Shown one piece after another: positions 26,789-38,769 of a stretch of DNA of 64,000 nt. Within the stretch, counting starts at the first letter, position 1, and the number at the start of each line of letters is the position of its first letter. Source of the stretch: Chara braunii (lineage: Eukaryota > Plantae > Charophyceae); assembly GCA_003427395.1 (NCBI GenBank), contig BFEA01000009.1:5515955-5579954 (forward strand). Reading direction: 5' to 3'. Under the pieces are notes generated by a model. The model did no database searches. It was given only the letters and a program-made list of their open reading frames with translations, and was not told where the DNA came from. The translations under genes were made by a program, and so were the position numbers.

Positions 26789-27436
26789 ACCACGCGCACC
26801 CCATTTTATGCTACAACGATCGAGCAAACGCCCTCGACCGACCTATCTCTACAAAGGCATGTAAAAACCTTCGCATGTCGACCGGTAGCTTAACAGGGAT
26901 ACGCCTACCTGAGGGTGGTGACAGCCCCTCGGGTAGAGGTAAGTTGTACCTCGCGACATCCTGACCTGTCGCAGGGCGTCGTGAGAAGTATAGCACGCGC
27001 GCACGGTCGGAGTGGTGACTGGTTCTTTTCAGACGAAACATCCTGCGTGACACGACCGTGAGGTTCAGCGTTCCCCCTCAGGGCGCAGGACCACCGGGCG
27101 CGACAGCCCCCGCGCGAGCGAGGGGCCTCCCAACCGCGTCATGCAGAAGAAACTTAGTCTTTCAACTTTTTTAGAGACAACTTGGGGACGATACGGTAAC
27201 CCCCGCCGACCCTTCGCCGCTCCGGCCGAGTGCGCTTGCTGTACATCCCGCGGTCTGCTACAACAGGATAGGTTCTCGTGGGGCACAACTTACCTTCCCC
27301 AAGGGGCTGTCACCACCCTTGGGGGTGTATCCCCGCCGAGCTGCCGACCCACATGCGAAGGCTTTTATAATGCAATTGCAGAGGTAGGCCGGTCGAGGGC
27401 GTTTACTCGTTCGCTGTAGCATAGGTACGCGTGGTT
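26789..27436. repeat. ~650-bp imperfect foldback (long inverted repeat)
   Basis: Arms pair continuously, e.g. aaacgccctcgaccg/cggtcgagggcgttt, gggtggtgacagcccct/aggggctgtcaccaccc and ctgcgtgac/gtcatgcag. Confidence 0.88.
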
Positions 27437-29209
27437 GAACGCCAAAGTGGACCCGAACGTCGTCCGTCCCTGGGGCGCTGATCTCCCAAGAATCACACCG
27501 ACGTCGGTCGATAGGACGTAAAATTCCAAGCGTGAAAAAATCTCAATCAATCCTAGTCCCTTCTTTCAACGACAATCGAAGGTAAAAAAAGACTCATGTC
27601 ACGTAAGGTGACTGATTTTTTGAAATCGATACAATCATACATATCACTCGTTTGGGCTGTCACGACTCTCGCCTTGATGGGATGCATTGCCAAGTTCTTT
27701 CATCTCGCCCTATACCGACTGCTAGAATGGAAGCACAAACAATTCTCAACTCTCAAGTAAAACTAGGATGCCATCGCACCAGTGGTGACTATGCTCCCAC
27801 TCTAACTTTGGTGTGAATGCCATTTGCAAGTGATCTGGCTACCACTATCCAAGTCAGCGACTATCTTAAACAAGCAAACACTTGATGCCCCTTTAAGGTC
27901 AAGTACTCACTTTTAAATTTTGTTGGTCGCTTTGTCCTTCTGAGCGATAATTACTCTTTCTGTTCCACGAATGACGGAGTACCCGCCTTTGACATAAAGG
28001 CATTCAAAGCAGTGCTTTAGCCACATTCCCCTGTCAACTAGCCTGATTATCCCAGACTTGCACTTCTTATGGTGCAACCCTATCCGCGAAGGTAGTGCCT
28101 AGTCGCACTCCGTCCATAGCTAGTGAAAGCACAAACTGGGCTTCTTCTGGCACCTGTTCCCCATACGTCAGTGACTCCTAAGATGGCCACTAGAGAGGTA
28201 TGCTATGACAACTCTCCTTAATGTGAAGTGTCAAGAGATTTAAGGCCCTTCTGTGAATAGGCGCATTTCCTTTCCCCTAGGAGGTGGTCTGGGATACACT
28301 CCTCCTCGCCCGAGCGAACCTCGGATCTCAGAAGTCGGGCTGGCTCCACCACAACAGCATGGCATCCCCCCGCATAAGCGGTCCACTCCGAGTCGATAAC
28401 AGGGCCGGCCCCTAAGGCAACGAACCCCCACCTCAGACGCCTCCTAGAAAAGGGGAAAGCGTCTACCACAACAGACAAACAGTCTCTCGTCGCCTGACGT
28501 CAAGGGTAACTTAGACGAAAAAGGAGATCACAGAGAAAAAAAAAACATTCAGATGCACGGACATAGACAAAGAGGGTCATTCGGGAAAGAATGGGTAACC
28601 TCGGAAAAAATCTATGTCCAATTCACTTCTTCTCTTTTGTGTGATCGCTACGTTCCTCGTCGTCTACTGTCTTCTCATCCTTTCAACATGCATGCAAGCA
28701 AAAACTAGAAGACAATCATCATTCCATTCACTTTCGCTGACATGACTACATCTCCATTTTACAAACATCCCTCTACCTACCTGCACATCAGAGGAAACAA
28801 CAATTTCAAAAGAGGACAATGCAATCCCAAACTCACGTCAGACTTTTATTCGCCCACGTAAACACACATCCCCTCTACCTTTTCAATAAACGTTCAAAGG
28901 ACAAGGTCGAGCAAGTGCGGGTTCACACGAGTGTGAAGGGTCTGAGTCAAACTGACCTTGAGTGAAGTTGAAGAGACGGCCCACTCAAGAAGACCACGTA
29001 AAATCACACTCCAGAGAAGACAATCGTCACAGCAAGTCGCTTGCAAAACGATATACACCACTTCCTAGTACGGTCGCTTGCCGCGACACCCTCTCAACAC
29101 ATAATCACCTCCCAGTAATCTGACGGCGTCTCAGCGTCATCGCCACCAACCGCACCACCACGTCGTTGCCAACAATACCAGAACATGCTGCCACAAAATG
29201 CCCCTCACA

Positions 29210-29580
29210 GTCTAAGCGCTTCCACGTCACCACCCAGAACGTGCTGCTGCCGCCGCAAAAGTTCAGCAGCACGTCCGCGTCACTGCCAAAAAAAACACTG
29301 TCGACGCCGGAAGATTTCGACAGCACCTCCGTGTCACCACCAAAATCTCAGCGTTGCCGCTGCAAAAAAGCAATTGGCAGCGCTTCCACGTCACCGTTGA
29401 AAAACCCAGCTGCCGCCGCAAAATTTCGGCAGTGCTTCCGCGCCACCGCCGTAAACCCAATGCCTCTGCTGCAAAAGTCCGGCAGCGCTTCCGCACTACC
29501 GCCGTTAGGACCTGTGCAGCCGCTGCAAAGTTTTGCCAGCGCTTCCGCGCCACTGGCAAAAATACACTACCGCCGCCGTG
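29210..29580. repeat. Degenerate ~52-bp minisatellite, about 7 copies
   Basis: Recurring gcagcgcttcc(a/g)cgtcac...gccgc(t/c)gcaaaa; explains ORF 29166-29798. Confidence 0.8.
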
Positions 29581-31181
29581 CAAAACGGGCAGAGTTTCCC
29601 CTGCACCGCTTGCCGAATAACTCTGCCACAAACGGCAACACCTCCTGCTGGCACCTCGCAGCACGGCGGCTATGGCAGCCTCTCCTCCAACCTGCAGACC
29701 TCCACTCTCCACCTCACCACCGCCCTTCTCCAACAACATGCAACAGCCAGCCAGCATTCACCCAAATGAATGCCCCAGCAACACTGCCACAAGTGTGATG
29801 CTGCTGGGTGGAGTGCTGACTTTTATAGCCAGCAAATGGTTGTGGGCAGCTGCTTTGCCCACAACCAGGCAAAATTCGTCAGTGCTCCTGGCCCTTGATC
29901 GAAATCAATGGCCAGGAACCATGTCCCTCGGTTTTCCCCTAGGGGAACCAGGGTCATCAACCCCCAGGGGTACCTGGCCGCTTTCCCAGGCCTGGTGCTC
30001 CTGGAAGGGGCTGTATCCAGCCATTCCAGGACTGCCTGTTCAACTGAACACGCGCAGTCCCATCAGCCCCTAGAAGCTTCCGGGGGCTGCACCTGTCCCA
30101 CGGCCGCGACCATATTCGCGGCCGTCTTCCCCTTCTCTTTTTTTCCTCCCCTCTACTTCTTCTCTCTACCGTCTGTATCTTCCCTGAGCTCTTGGCCACG
30201 TACGTGGCCGTTATTTTTTTTCTTCTCTTTCTTACCTACCTTCCCCCTCGTTTCTCTGCGTAGGTAGCCCAAACGGCCAGCCCCACAGTCACTCCGCAGA
30301 CCTGAACTAGAGTCAAGCTCAATAGGGGTTTGTTTCCCCCCGCCTGCGCCCGTATCTGGGCCGCATAAGCACCCGATACAGGCGCACGGCCCATGACCCC
30401 TCTTTCTCTCTCGATGATCGCGGTTGTCCGCTGTGAAGGGGGAACCACCCAAAGCGCATGCAGAGAGTCCCTAAATGAAGTACAAGGTCCCAAAACCTGT
30501 GCCCGGATGTGGCCGCATTCCATGGCAGATTCCTTCGACTTTGCTCCTCCCATCAAAGGGAGAAGCAGCCCGTTCATCAGAACGAACGGGCACTTATTAA
30601 TTTTCTAATAAAGAAATATCTATAAAACAAATCTAACAAAAAATCTAAAGAATTAAAAAGGGAAGGAAAAGAAAAAAAAGCAACGAAAGAAAATGGCAGC
30701 CCNNNNNNNNNNNNNNNNNNNNNNNNNNNNNNNNNNNNNNNNNNNNNNNNNNNNNNNNNNNNNNNNNNNNNNNNNNNNNNNNNNNNNNNNNNNNNNNNNN
30801 NNNNNNNNNNNNNNNNNNNNNNNNNNNNNNNNNNNNNNNNNNNNNNNNNNNNNNNNNNNNNNNNNNNNNNNNNNNNNNNNNNNNNNNNNNNNNNNNNNNN
30901 NNNNNNNNNNNNNNNNNNNNNNNNNNNNNNNNNNNNNNNNNNNNNNNNNNNNNNNNNNNNNNNNNNNNNNNNNNNNNNNNNNNNNNNNNNNNTGAAAAGC
31001 CCCAGTCACTTTAGAGAGCGCCACATGGCGCTGTTCGTTTTTGTTTTTAGTTTTTCTTTTTTCTCCCTTTTTTTTTTTCTCTCTAAATCTGTTGGCTTAT
31101 GCCAACGTTTGAATTCACGCGGCTTTTCAGCCACGTCCTCCAAAACGCAGGCTCGAGTTCGAGCCCTGCCTTATGCGAAAG

Positions 31182-31253
31182 AAAAAAAAAAATTTGGACC
31201 ATCTCTCGAGATATGCGTGTCATCCTTGAAATCGCAGGGGCCATGCACACTTC
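31182..31253 (-). ncRNA. U6 snRNA 3'-half-derived sequence ending in oligo-T
   Basis: Minus strand gcatggcccctgcg(attt)caaggatgacacgcatatctcgagagatggtccaaattttt matches the plant U6 3' half (GCAUGGCCCCUGCGCAAGGAUGACACGCAUAAAUCGAGAAAUGGUCCAAAUUUU); ACAGAGA box absent. Confidence 0.9.
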
Positions 31254-31338
31254 GGCGCGGCGGATTTCCGCCGCATGATCTTGATGATCATGCGGCCGAA
31301 ATCGGCCGCGCTCGTTTGCCTCATGAACGGGCTGCTCG

Positions 31339-31431
31339 AAAAGGAGTTAGCCCGGTAGTTACATTCTCACGGATTCGATCCTGGTATCCGCTGGGTAGTA
31401 GTTGGGCACTATAACCTATGGGGCTAGCTTC
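31339..31431 (-). ncRNA. Putative Pol III small RNA cassette in the LTR region of the large gypsy element
   Basis: Minus strand: catata at about -35, A-box-like tagccccatagg, B box ggatcgaatcc, 3' end gggctaactcctttt pairing with 5' gaagctagccc. Confidence 0.55.
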
Positions 31432-32085
31432 TATCACAACAGTGATAGGAGCAGCTCTTCTATATGAAGAGCTTTAGCCCTGTCCCTATCCCCCTTATCA
31501 TGGCCTTGCAGGCCGTGCCTGCCTGCCGGTGGCCTCGCACGCCGTACCTGCCTGTGGCTCGGCAGGCCGCGCCTGCCCGCTCGTGGCCTTGAAGGCCTAG
31601 CTGGCAGGCCTTACCCCGTTGGCAGGCCGCATGACATTGGCCTATCAGCCCCGTGGCTCGATGTCAGGCTCCGCGACAAAAAAAACTCCCCATTCCTTCT
31701 GCGTCGAGCCCTATACCTGGCGCATCCTCCCTTTTTAGCCCATTCAGGCTCTGAATCGCGCGGCTTAGCAGCCGCGCGACATTATTTTTGGTAGAATAGG
31801 TATAGTTTTACCGTTCCTATGCCCGCATTTTCCGGCGGCTTCGACAAATGCGAAGCATTACCATACACATTCGTTACTCCTGGACGCCACACGCGTTCAT
31901 ACTAACGTTCAAAAACTTTTAGTATGTAAGTCATAGGACAGGTCAGAATAAACTTTTGGCAACGTTGTCTCATCAAATCCTTCAATTCGATGAAAGAGTC
32001 ACACAACGTGCGACGTTGAAACCCCCCCAGCAAATACCCTTGTCAGGGTATTTGCCCCAACAGCGGAACCGCCACGCGCGACAGG

Positions 32086-32103
32086 TGGCGCCGTTGTCGG
32101 GAA
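32086..32103 (+). promoter_or_regulatory. Primer binding site, tRNA-Asp type
   Basis: tggcgccgttgtcgggaa versus the Athila-type PBS TGGCGCCGTTGCCGGGGA; preceded by aca-gg. Confidence 0.8.
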
Positions 32104-32627
32104 CCTTTGGTTGTCTGTCGGGGTCCTATTTGAACGGACCTGGGCTCAGTTAATTGAAGCTCTAGCGAAACGACAAGTGAAAGGGTGGAATAGTATATAA
32201 GCTTTCGCTGGGTAGTGGGAGTAAGAGTTAGAGTAACTGTCGATACCAACCTTGTGTCGAAAAGAAGTGCCTTGAGATACGACGAATGCAAGTTGAAGTA
32301 CCCTGCATAGCACTCTGAAGAGTTTTGATTCATACTTCTGTAACTGGAAGATACTTGTTCCTTTCTGTCTGCTGAAGGGGGATCATACAGAAGCATTCAT
32401 AGCGGAAAACCCGATCTATATAATAGAAATTGACGAGACCGCTCAAAAGGTTCTTCCCTACGATAGTCCCTTCTGGTTGTGACACTTCCTCCTATTTTGT
32501 TTTCATCAGGTAGGTAGCCTATATTACACAGTCATTTTGATATTCCCTAGTAACTATACGTGTCCCAAGTCTTAGGCATTACCTCGTTTAGGTATCTGGG
32601 GTACTCCTTAGGTAAGAGCTTTTAGCC

Positions 32628-33146
32628 ATGCCTTGTGGATCTGGAGCTGGGAGAGGAAGAGGTGGACGACAAGGAAAGGCGACGGAAAGACCGATTGACT
32701 TGACAAAGGAAAGAGAAGAGCGAGAGGAAGAAGAGGAGGAGGAAAAATGGGAAGGGCCGCGTCTACGTCGGCATCAGGAATACTTCCGCGAGCGCACGAC
32801 ATCCCCTGGAAAAATGCCTTACTATTCTTATAAATACGAGCAACATTATGGCGCTCCGCCTTCGCGGTTTGAACTCCCTTCTTCTCGATCTTATCCCATA
32901 ACGTATCCTTCGCCGCCCTCTTCCATGGCGCGCTGTCTTCAACAGCTGGCAGTAGTTCAACAACCACCTCAGCCTGCTCTTCCACCTCCACCACCATATG
33001 TACTTGATCCTCCTTTGGTGTCTCAGAGCGTGCCGACAAATCATAGGGTGTGCATCACTCTAACGCTATTCTTCCTATGCCAGGTTGAGATGTGTGGATT
33101 GGTCTCATACCTGATATATAAAGGGATTATCCAAGGACCACCTTGA
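32628..33146 (+). CDS. Hypothetical ORF (RG-, E- and P-rich) in the leader of the large gypsy element; possibly a first exon
   Basis: 172-aa open frame with ATG after ttttag; low complexity, no recognisable domain. Confidence 0.3.
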   Translation: MPCGSGAGRGRGGRQGKATERPIDLTKEREEREEEEEEEKWEGPRLRRHQEYFRERTTSPGKMPYYSYKYEQHYGAPPSRFELPSSRSYPITYPSPPSSMARCLQQLAVVQQPPQPALPPPPPYVLDPPLVSQSVPTNHRVCITLTLFFLCQVEMCGLVSYLIYKGIIQGPP

Positions 33147-33495
33147 AAAAAGGAGAATAGGGTACGATAAGGCTAAGGCTTTCTCTTGTTGCTGACTAAG
33201 AGCAGTGATTGAAGAATATCCATCTGAGTTGGGAAAGAAAATGTTGTCCAGACTGGGGGAAATGTAATTTGGATTTTCATGATCCTTACTTAGATAGTGC
33301 TAGACTTAACCAGTCAAACGAGCAATAGCTACCAATGAGGAAACTAGGGAATCAAAGGGTGTACCAGGGAATACAGGAGGAAGTCCAGTTTTAATAAAGA
33401 TTTTTTTTTTTTTTGATAGAGAGTTGGGTTACTCCGTAGTAAGGGCACCAGAAGTTAATAAAAGATTGTTCCTGTTTTGCCTCTTGTGTAAACAG

Positions 33496-34058
33496 GTCAT
33501 TAAGGGGATTCCCGACTTCAATCAAAGATGCCTTACGCGGAGCGAGTTTCCAGGGTTGAGATACCCATTAGGCTGCGTAGCACAGCGAACGTGTTCGCGC
33601 CCCTTCATGTTCGCGCGAGTTCGAGCGTTCGCGCGAACAGCTCGCGAACATGTTCTGGCGAACATTTTTTTTTCGTAAAAAAAATAAATAAATAAAAAAT
33701 ATTTTTTTTTCGGTTTTTGATTTGTAACTCATGATTGGCTACGAATTTGAACATGACTCCAAGGCAAAAGTTGCTTGTATTGTTTTCTTACATAACATAT
33801 ATTTTTTTCAGATTTTTCTGAGAGTTTTTTTTTTCTTGTTTTAAAATATTTTTTATGTTCGCGTTCGAAGGGTTTTGGGCGCTTGTTCGCGTTCGGGCGA
33901 ACATGTTCGCGTTCGCCTCCGAACGCAAACACGGTGCTATGTAGCCATTAGGAACAATGATGGGTTAGAAATGACAGTGCCAAAAAGGAAGGGAAAAGCG
34001 GAACTTGGCGAGTCCTGGTGGGGTAAACCGTTGGGAAATGAGGCATTCATATGGATAG
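33496..34058 (+). pseudogene. Accessory ORF1 of the large gypsy element, 5' part (split by the MITE and the chromovirus)
   Basis: VEIPIRNNDGLEMTVPKRKGKAELGESWWGKPLGNEAFIWI aligns with accessory ORF2 VELPVRTQQ*LKMSLPRG..TAWWATSIGPAFVLV. Confidence 0.65.
33573..33944. mobile_element. MITE with 8-bp TSD ccattagg
   Basis: Ends ctgcgtagcac and gtgctatgtag; TSD at 33565-33572 and 33945-33952; GTTCGC/GCGAAC subterminal repeats; removing it restores the frame VEIPIR-NNDGLEM. Confidence 0.88.
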
Positions 34059-34984
34059 TGCAATCAGACTCATCTTATTCACACTTTTCATGTGTGTAAA
34101 CAGCAGCACAGCACACTGGCGACATGCGCCCACTCAGAACTCAGAGATATGGCTTCCACATACGAGTTCACTTTCAACTGGCTATGGCGACTTAGCGCCC
34201 AAACAACTCACTGTTCACACCCTGGATCACCCTGGATATCCCATACGCATCACTCTGAACACTCACACATACCCACATACACTTCCCTCTAACTACAACT
34301 ATGGCAGCTATGGCTGCCCCTACCCTATCGCTATGGTTGTCCTTCGTCTCTCTCGCCCTCTTCTACTTCGGGCTCACTTCAGACCTCCTCGCACAAGTCG
34401 TTGTGGCAGCGCTTCCGCATGGCTTCCGCATGAATGAATGGCTGGGAGCTGCCTCTTGATTTATACTTCTGCAGGTCGTTGGTCTGGCCCATTTCCCTTG
34501 CCCGAAGTGCACACAGTCTTGTGCGGTATTTGCTGGACTGACTGTGGACTGGGACTGTTGACTCATCAGGGTAGACTTCCCCCACTTGCCCACTTGCCTC
34601 ACCACTTGACCACTTGCCTCTGCTTAAACGTGGGCAACTCCGAAAGGCCACTACTGGGACCTTCCGGAAGGCCGTAGACTTGGCCTTTCGGGACTGTAGC
34701 AGCTACGATTCTGACCCTTCTGGACTGTAGCAGCTACAACCTTGACCTTTCAAGAAAACCACAGCTCCGATGTCTAGACCTGACTAAGACTCCTATCCGA
34801 TAGGTCTACAGGTCGAATCCAAGCTACCATGGACCCTACGACAATCTATCAGCTGCTACAAATACACAGGTCACGGGTTCAACTCTACAGGCCGACACAG
34901 GTACTGTACACAGGTAAGGTTGGGGTCTAGGGATCGAACCCTGGGATCTGCAGCAGCTAATGCTAATTGGTGAAAACCGTTTCA
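34059..34984 (-). repeat. 3' LTR of the chromovirus
   Basis: Direct repeat of 42299-43226, a few percent diverged by eye; purine-rich tract aggacggcgggag adjacent on the minus strand (34985-34997). Confidence 0.95.
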
Positions 34985-35044
34985 CTCCCGCCGTCCTAAA
35001 TTCGAGGTCCTCCGAGAACAATTCAGTCCATGGCAGGTCCTTCA

Positions 35045-35918
35045 CCTTTCTGTTCTCTTTCGTAGGCTCTAACTATATCGGGAGTTGTCTCTAGAAGTTC
35101 TGATCTCGTAAACCAGTGGTTATCCTCCGGCTCCTGATATGCAAACTGGACCTTATACTGTTTCTATGGACGGCCTCTACCTCCTGTTCTTAAGACATCT
35201 TCACCTACAATGTCGTCAATGTCATAGCTTCCATCCATATCCGGGGGATCATGAATCGTCTTGAGGGGAACTGTTGACTTGTGACACACAACAACAGTTT
35301 TGAAGCATGGAATACAGGGTAGGTGTGGAGGTGAACTGGAATCTCTACGGTGTAGGACGGTCCATCCTCTCCGCCCTTGCCTTTTAGAACCGGCCACGGT
35401 CCTCTATACGCAGGCAGTAACTTCTGAGAGATGTTTTCTTCAGGTGCAAACTCCTTTGCCTTGACCCAGACTAAGTCGCCTACTTGAAACTGTGATGGGC
35501 GACGGTGCTTGTTAGCTTGTTCTATCATCCTATGCTGGGCCTTCCTAAGGTTATCAACAACAGTTGCTAATTCTTTCTCATGCTGTATCGCAAACTCCCT
35601 GGTTTCGGGCGGTAGTCTGTAAATCTGGTCCCGGTTCAGTCCTTCGAATGGTATGCGGGGTCTAAAGGACTAGTGCAGTTCGCGGGGAGTGCGACAGGTG
35701 GATAGATGCACGCTGTTGTTGTACGCACTAGCTTCTTTAGGCAACATCTCATCCCATTTAATCTGATCTTGTCCAATGTACATGCGTAGAACTTGCTGTA
35801 GAATCTTGTTCATCTGTTCTGTTTGACCGTTGGTCTCTGGATGACGGCCAGATGACATTAATAACTTAGATCCGTACACTCTCATGAGTTCTTGCCAGTT
35901 CTGGCTGCATCTCCACAA
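35045..35918 (-). pseudogene. pol: Integrase C-terminus, GPY/F domain and chromodomain (frameshifted)
   Basis: HPETNGQTEQMN; FQVGDLVWV..KLLPAYRGPW..YPVFHASKL; YDIDDIVGE..*KQYKVQFAYQEPEDNHWFTRSEL. Confidence 0.9.
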
Positions 35919-36976
35919 GTGGTGAAGCGACTATCTCTATCGCTGACTATTGACAATGGGATTCCATTTTCACTAACCCAAAAGTCAAAGAACTTATGTA
36001 TCACTAAGTCTGTACGTGCGTCCGAAGGCAAAGGAACAAAAACTGCGTATTTACTAAAGCGGTCAACTACGACTATGACTTGGCTCTTACCATGTCTGCT
36101 CTTGACTTGAGTGTCCATGAAGTCTATGGACACTGAGTCTCCCGGCTGATCCGGAATAGGCAAGGGTCTGAGAAGACCAAGGGGTGCGCGGGTAGTAGTC
36201 TTGTTACGCTGGCATACTTTACAACTGCGGACATACTCTACGCAGTAATTTTTCATTCCTAGCCAGGTATACGCACGCATTAGATTGGCTAATGTCTTTT
36301 GCCAACCGAAATGTCCCTCAGTATCGTGGTATTCCCCTAAGATTAAACGACGGATCTCTTCGCTGTTGGGAACGTACAGGTGGTCAAACATATTAGTCTT
36401 CTCAAATAATAACCCATCTGTAGTGCAGTAATCTGGTTCAGTTTCTGGGGCCTCCCTAACTCTCTTTAGGAGGTCGCTATAAATAGGGTCATGTGCATAC
36501 ACTTGCTTCACTTTCTCCTGCAGGTCTCTCCCTATATCCAGATCGTATACTACGGCTCCAAAGTAGTCTGATCTCCTACTCAGAGCATCCGCAACTACGC
36601 TGTACTTGCCCTTCACTGGCTTGAGCTCAAAGTCGAATTGGTCTATCTCTGCGGCCCACCTAGTCAACTTAGGTGTCATTTTGGCCTGAGTCTTTAACCA
36701 TCTAAGCGTTTCATGGTCCGAATAGACTTTGAAGTGCCTCCCAAGCAGGTAATGCTTCCAATAGTCTAAAGCCTGACTGAGAGCGTAGAGTTCTCTCTCG
36801 TACGTGGAGGTAGCGACTTTCTCACAGGGCATCCTCGCTAACATAAACTCTACGGGTCTATAGCCATTGCCGTCATCTTGCTGTAATACGATGCCTATCC
36901 CATACCGACTTGCATCCGTGGTAACGACAAATGGCAAAGACGGATCGGCTACTTTGAGGACGTGGTACTCTATCAA
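35882..36976 (-). pseudogene. pol: RNase H plus integrase zinc-binding and core fragment
   Basis: TDASRYGIG, YERELYAL, SDHETL, VADALSR, YHD..GHFG..CKVCQ, SIDF, SDRDSRFT. Confidence 0.95.
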
Positions 36977-37021
36977 CGCGCGCTTTAACTTCTTGAGCGC
37001 AGACGTACAATCTTTGTCCCA

Positions 37022-37795
37022 CTACCAGATTGCCTCCTTTTTAAGCAGCCTACGTAAGGGAGCAGCAATAGTAGAGAAGTTCCTCACGAACTTTCTATAG
37101 TAGTTAGCTAGGCCTAGGAACGACCGCAACTCTGTCAATGTGCGGGGCGTCGGCCAGTCTCGAATCGCCGCAATCTTGTTGTCCTCTGGTTTAATGCCAT
37201 CTCCGTTTAATACGTGGCCCAAGTATAGGACTTGCGTCTTGGCCCACTCACACTTCTTTGCGTTGATCTTGAAGTTAACCTCTCGAAGCTTCTCCAAGAC
37301 CTGCCTTAGATGACCTTGGTGCTCCTGGAGGGTCTTACTGAAAACTAGAATATCATCTAGATAAACTACTACAAACTTATCTAACCATGGTCTGAACAGA
37401 TCATTCATACAACGCTGAAACGTAGCTGGCGCGTTGGTTAGTCCAAAGGGCATCCCTATGAACTCGTAATGCCCATATCTAGTCCGGAAGGCAGTCTTGT
37501 ACTGATCATCGGGATGGACTTCTATCTGATGATAACCAGACTTCAAATCAATCTTAGTGAAATACTTCCAACTCTGCACCCGATCTACAAGATCGTCTAT
37601 CCTGGGCAGTGGCTCATCATTCTTCACAGTAATCGCGTCCAAACCCCTATAGTCGATACACATTCTCGGCTCTCCTTCCTTCTTGGGGACAAACAAAACA
37701 GGTGCTTCGAAAGGAGACGAACTGGGCATGATCCATCCTTTTTCGAGGAGCTTGTCTAATTGCTTGCGAAACTCCTCTAACTCTCTAGGGGACAT
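37022..37795 (-). pseudogene. pol: Ty3/gypsy reverse transcriptase
   Basis: RMCIDYRGL, DLKSGYHQI, KTAFRT, MPFGLTNAPATFQ, VYLDDILVFS; in-frame stop at 37022. Confidence 0.97.
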
Positions 37796-37987
37796 CCTGT
37801 AGACTGCACCCTTAGGAGTTCTACTGCCAGGCTCTATCTCTATCCTATGCTGGATGGGTCACGACACTACTCCTGTCGGCGACTCAGTCAAATCTTTGAA
37901 CTCTTCCAGCAGCTTGGCTATGGTTGGATCTCTAGAATTGTCTTCTTTATGGACCTTAGTGACAGGTCTAACATAAACTACAAAAAC

Positions 37988-38473
37988 CTATTCTTCTACC
38001 CGTTCCTTCTTTACTAACCGCGCGAACGCGGGAGCACTGAGACAGCAAAGTGCCAAGGTGTTGTCTACACCTGACACGTGAAACAGGCGGGCAGCCTTAA
38101 CCTCGCCTGAGGGGCTAGGGAGCCTATACTCATGCTCTCTCAAATGAAGTGTGGCCCCTGCTGCCTCTCCCCAATCCATTCTCAATACTACATCGAAGGG
38201 AAGGTCATCCTGTACGAGGAAAGTTAGGGAATGGAGAACTTTCTGCACATTCTCATCCTTCTCTAGGCGAAGGTACGCCTGGACTCCCTCTACATAGTCC
38301 TCAACACACATTGTACGGTTGTCTGCGAGGACACTGATTATGGGGTCTGCCAACTTTTGGATTTTCAATCCTAACCTCAACTTCTTCAGCGCCCTACGAC
38401 TAATATAACTACGGGTGGCCTGCGAGTCTATAAGGGCCCCTACTCTACATTTGAAAACCTCTACGACTATCAA
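37988..38473 (-). pseudogene. pol: Retropepsin aspartic protease (DSG mutated to DSQ)
   Basis: ALIDSQATRSYIS and FDVVLRMDW. Confidence 0.85.
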
Positions 38474-38769
38474 GATTTTAGTTGTCCTTTACTTTCTTTC
38501 TTCATCTTGGCCCAGGGTGGCATCCTTTCCTTTAACTCTTCTGCCACACCTGTGAGGGACGTGCCTAAAGAGACGCTAACACAAGCGGTCTCTGGACAGC
38601 TAGTTAGGCACGGGTCTGCAACCTCTGCCATGGGCTCATGTCGGTTGGGAGTGTCCTGCTCGCGCGCGCTCACTGCTCCACATGGCCCTGAAGTAGGGGC
38701 AGTTGCAACCCCTACTGGCGGCTGTCTTTTGATTGCGGGGCAGCTTAATGGGCCTGTCTATACTTAGGA

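Noticed and set aside
31182-31253. Functional U6 snRNA gene
   Set aside because: The 5' half with the ACAGAGA box is missing and the ISL loop has a 4-nt insertion
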